A stretch of 64,000 bases of DNA from NCBI GenBank assembly GCA_050183505.1, contig JBFXBG010000002.1:13881-77880 (forward strand). Reading direction: 5' to 3'. The stretch comes from Gemmatimonadales bacterium (GTDB lineage Bacteria > Gemmatimonadota > Gemmatimonadetes > Gemmatimonadales > GWC2-71-9). This document shows positions 61,611 to 64,000 of this stretch, in pieces (position 1 is the first letter of the stretch; the number at the start of each line of letters is the position of its first letter). A program made the position numbers and the translations under genes. The notes beneath the pieces are model-generated. The model did no database searches. It saw only the letters and a program-made list of their open reading frames with translations, and was not told the DNA's origin.

Positions 61611-62243
61611 TTGCTCTTCCCCATCCTGCTCGCCGCCGGCCAGAACCGCCGATTCGGAGCCAGCAAGCTGCTGGCGCCGCTCGGGGGACGGCCCCTCATC
61701 GCGCATGTCCTCGCCGCGATCGAGGCGTCGCGTGAGGGCGGCCTGCTGGGACCCGGTGCGGCCGTCCTTGCGGAGACCGACCCCGAGCTGCACCGGCTGG
61801 TCACCGGAGCCGGGCTTGTCCCGGTCATCAACCCGGACCCATCGGCCGGGCTGGCCTCTTCCCTGCGGCTGGGCATCGCCTGGGTGGCCTCCCGGGCGGG
61901 AATCACCCGCGAGGACGCGGCCCTCGTCATCCTGGCCGATCAGCCCGGCCTGCGCACGGAAACGGTGCAGGCACTGGCCCGGGAATACGGTGAATCGAGG
62001 GCTCCCATCGTGCGGCCTCGCTATCGCCGGACTCCGCAGGTACCGGGCCATCCGGTGCTGCTGGCGCACGAGGCCTGGCCCCTGGTCGAGGAGCTGCAGG
62101 GCGATCGGGGCCTGGGCCAGGTGCTCGAGGCCCGTCCGGCTCTGGTCCGGACGGTGGACGTGGAGGGCGAGAATCCGGACGTCGACCGGCCCGAGGACCT
62201 CGCCCGCCTCTCGCGCATGATGGAACGGGAGGACCGGCCGTGA
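61611..62243 (+). CDS. NTP_transf_3 nucleotidyltransferase (MocA/molybdenum cofactor cytidylyltransferase-like)
   Basis: ILLAAGQNRRFGASKLLAPLGGRPL and ILADQP. TTG start. Confidence 0.75.
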   Translation: MLFPILLAAGQNRRFGASKLLAPLGGRPLIAHVLAAIEASREGGLLGPGAAVLAETDPELHRLVTGAGLVPVINPDPSAGLASSLRLGIAWVASRAGITREDAALVILADQPGLRTETVQALAREYGESRAPIVRPRYRRTPQVPGHPVLLAHEAWPLVEELQGDRGLGQVLEARPALVRTVDVEGENPDVDRPEDLARLSRMMEREDRP

Positions 62244-63043
62244 CCCGCCGCGTGCTGGTGATCTCCGGCCTCCGGATGTCGGTCCAGGACACCGGGTCGG
62301 GGCCGGCCGTTCTGCTGGCGCACGGCATGTGGTGCAACAGCCGCATGTTCGAGGCGATGACCGCGGCCCTGCAGTCCCGCTTCCGGGTCGTAACTCCCGA
62401 CCTGCGGGCACACGGTGAGACCCAGGTTCCCGATACACCCTGGACCGTCATGGACCTGGCCGACGACCTGGTCCGGCTGCTCGACGCCCTCGGGATCGAA
62501 CGGGCTACGGTGGCCGGATTCAGTATGGGCGGGATGGCGGCCTTGCAGCTTGCCCTCCGGTCTCCCGATCGACTCGATGCGCTCGCCTTGCTCAGCACGA
62601 CGGCCGCGGCTGAAGAGCGGCTGCGCTACCTCCAGATCAAGGGCCTCGAGATCATGCTCTCCACCGGGATCCTGCGCCGTCACCTGGCGGAGGAGGCCTC
62701 GCGCTGGATGTTTGCATCGGATTTTCGCACGCTGCACCGCTCGACTGTCCGCCGCTGGATCGAGGATGTAGGCGCCATGCCCACCTCGGCCGTGCTCCAG
62801 GCCCTGGAGGCCGTGGGCCGCCGGCCCGACGTCATGGACCGGCTGGGTGAAATCCGGGTCCCCGTGCTCGTGTCCGCCGGAGACGCCGACCCGATCATTC
62901 CCCGGGCCGACGCGGGGCTCATGGTCCAGCGCCTGCCCGATCCCACACTCCGGATCTTCCCGGGGGCCGGCCACGCCACCCCGATCGAACGTCCGGCCGA
63001 GCTCGCCGCAGAGATCACAAATCTCGCCTCCTCAACAGCTTAA
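62240..63043 (+). CDS. alpha/beta-fold hydrolase
   Basis: VLLAHGMW, nucleophile elbow GFSMGG and C-terminal GAGHATPIERP. The GTG start overlaps the upstream stop. Confidence 0.85.
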   Translation: MTRRVLVISGLRMSVQDTGSGPAVLLAHGMWCNSRMFEAMTAALQSRFRVVTPDLRAHGETQVPDTPWTVMDLADDLVRLLDALGIERATVAGFSMGGMAALQLALRSPDRLDALALLSTTAAAEERLRYLQIKGLEIMLSTGILRRHLAEEASRWMFASDFRTLHRSTVRRWIEDVGAMPTSAVLQALEAVGRRPDVMDRLGEIRVPVLVSAGDADPIIPRADAGLMVQRLPDPTLRIFPGAGHATPIERPAELAAEITNLASSTA

Positions 63044-63055
63044 CCACTCTCCACC

Positions 63056-63154
63056 CCAATCCCCCAGCCCTCAATCCCCTCAATCCCTCAATCCCTCAAT
63101 CCCCCAATCCCCTCAATCCCTCAATCCCCTCAATCCCCTCAATCCCTCAATCCC
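63056..63154. repeat. one-armed tandem array, 8/9-nt unit CTCAATCC(C), about 11 copies
   Basis: Read directly, immediately after the hydrolase stop. Confidence 0.85.
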
Positions 63155-63287
63155 AAGTCCGCTTCACCCCTCCATCCCGCTTTCTTCACAGTCCATTCCC
63201 TACCCTATATGTCATTGAGCCAACAGCGCATGCCGGGATCCTGAGTGCCCGGTCTCGACGCCGGTATTCCCCAGAGGACGAAACCCC

Positions 63288-64000
63288 ATGAGCGTCCCTT
63301 CATTGCTTCTTCGTCAGTTGTACAGTTTCGGATCTCTGCAGAACGACGCCGGCGGTTTTCGCTTCGCGATCAAGAACCGGCTCACGGACGTAACGCTTAC
63401 CCGGATCGACCGGGTCCGGGTCGACGGGCAGGAGATCCCGCTGGAGACACTGCAGTTGAGTCTGGGTGACGGCCGCGTCCTGCGGGCCCTGGACGTTACG
63501 CCGGAGAACCCGGTTCCGTTCGGGCTCCGTCAGACGACGGAACTCCGCGCCGGCGTCGGCCCGCTCCGCGACGGGCCGCACGACATCCAGCTCGGATTCC
63601 ACACCCTGCCATTTGGCCGGCTCGAGCTGAAGGCCCGGGACGCCGTCACCCGGGCCCGGTGCGTGCCGGACGGGATTCCCTACGACCTCGACCAGGAGCG
63701 GAACAACAGCCCCGAGCTCATCCGGGCCCGGCAGCGCTACGTCGAGGAGTTCACCGGCCGGCGCCTGCTGCACGTCCCCCGGTTCAGCTTCGATCCGCAG
63801 GAGGCACGCGGAAACATCGAGAACCTGGCGGGGGCTGCCCAGGTACCGCTGGGATTCGCCGGGCCCTTCCGGATCAACGGCGAGTATGCCCGGGGCGAGT
63901 ACCTGATTCCCCTCGCCACCACGGAAGGGACGCTGGTCGCCTCCTACAACCGGGGCATCAAGGTGATGAACCTGTCCGGGGGAGTCACGACGACGATCTC
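63288..64000 (+). CDS. HMG-CoA reductase with an unusual roughly 150-aa N-terminal extension; 3' end runs off the window
   Basis: Hand translation from the ATG at 63288: ...GNIENLAGAAQVPLGFAGPFRINGEYARGEYLIPLATTEGTLVASYNRGIKV (HMGR signature). Confidence 0.8.
   Translation, partial: MSVPSLLLRQLYSFGSLQNDAGGFRFAIKNRLTDVTLTRIDRVRVDGQEIPLETLQLSLGDGRVLRALDVTPENPVPFGLRQTTELRAGVGPLRDGPHDIQLGFHTLPFGRLELKARDAVTRARCVPDGIPYDLDQERNNSPELIRARQRYVEEFTGRRLLHVPRFSFDPQEARGNIENLAGAAQVPLGFAGPFRINGEYARGEYLIPLATTEGTLVASYNRGIKVMNLSGGVTTTI

Noticed and set aside
61381-61620. tRNA-Asn as an integration hotspot, or the methyltransferase-helicase region as a mobile island
   Set aside because: No integrase, transposase, direct repeat of the tRNA 3' end, or obvious compositional shift is visible by eye near either region. 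The flanking genes look like ordinary chromosomal genes.

Overview
Very GC-rich bacterial chromosomal window. It has one tRNA (Asn) and no rRNA, CRISPR, transposase or integrase. Coordinates of non-ORF features were hand counted and may be off by 1-2 nt.

**Flagellar regulon (about 14.5-49.6 kb).** This is an almost complete regulon.
- A plus-strand motA-motB operon carries a degenerate REC/HD-GYP protein and a sensor-less histidine kinase.
- A 26-kb minus-strand colinear block runs flgB-flgC-orf-fliEFGHIJ-ylxF-like-fliK-flgDE / fliLMN-fliOP-fliQR-flhBAFG-fliA-orf / flgFGAHIJ-flgN-flgK. Most genes are joined by ATGA/GTGA overlaps. I could recognise three sigma54-type promoters that split it into three units.
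- It is followed by an NtrC-type sigma54 activator.
- A plus-strand late set follows: flgL, a short flagellin, flbT-flaF and flgM. Four sigma28-type promoters share one motif.
- Downstream of flgM is a signalling block: a CheY-like protein with Ala at the phospho-acceptor position, REC-GGDEF, a histidine kinase and REC-HDOD.

**Candidate accessory module (9.2-14.4 kb).** Upstream of motA is the most accessory-looking element. A 1014-aa PglX/MmeI-like gamma-class N6-adenine DNA methyltransferase with no recognisable nuclease is coupled to a roughly 750-aa SNF2-type helicase. None of the usual BREX, DISARM or type I/III partner genes is in the window. I flag this as the best candidate for an undescribed two-gene defence or epigenetic module.

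**Housekeeping flanks.**
- Left flank: DtxR-family regulator plus multicopper oxidase, NUDIX hydrolase, FmdB, hydrolases, LdcA, a GT2 glycosyltransferase and a PAS hybrid kinase.
- Right flank: HAD, VOC and PNPOx-like proteins, DUF47-PitA, a decayed DNase II-like gene, a GT4 glycosyltransferase, a Leu/Ile/Val-type binding protein, a MocA-like protein, a hydrolase and HMG-CoA reductase.

**Intergenic repeats.** The flanks contain an unusual family of intergenic 7-10-nt tandem-repeat arrays. Many are arranged as inverted arrays around a GC-rich hairpin, and each locus uses a different unit sequence.

**Spurious ORFs.** Many long ORFs in the six-frame track are antisense artefacts of the GC-rich sequence.
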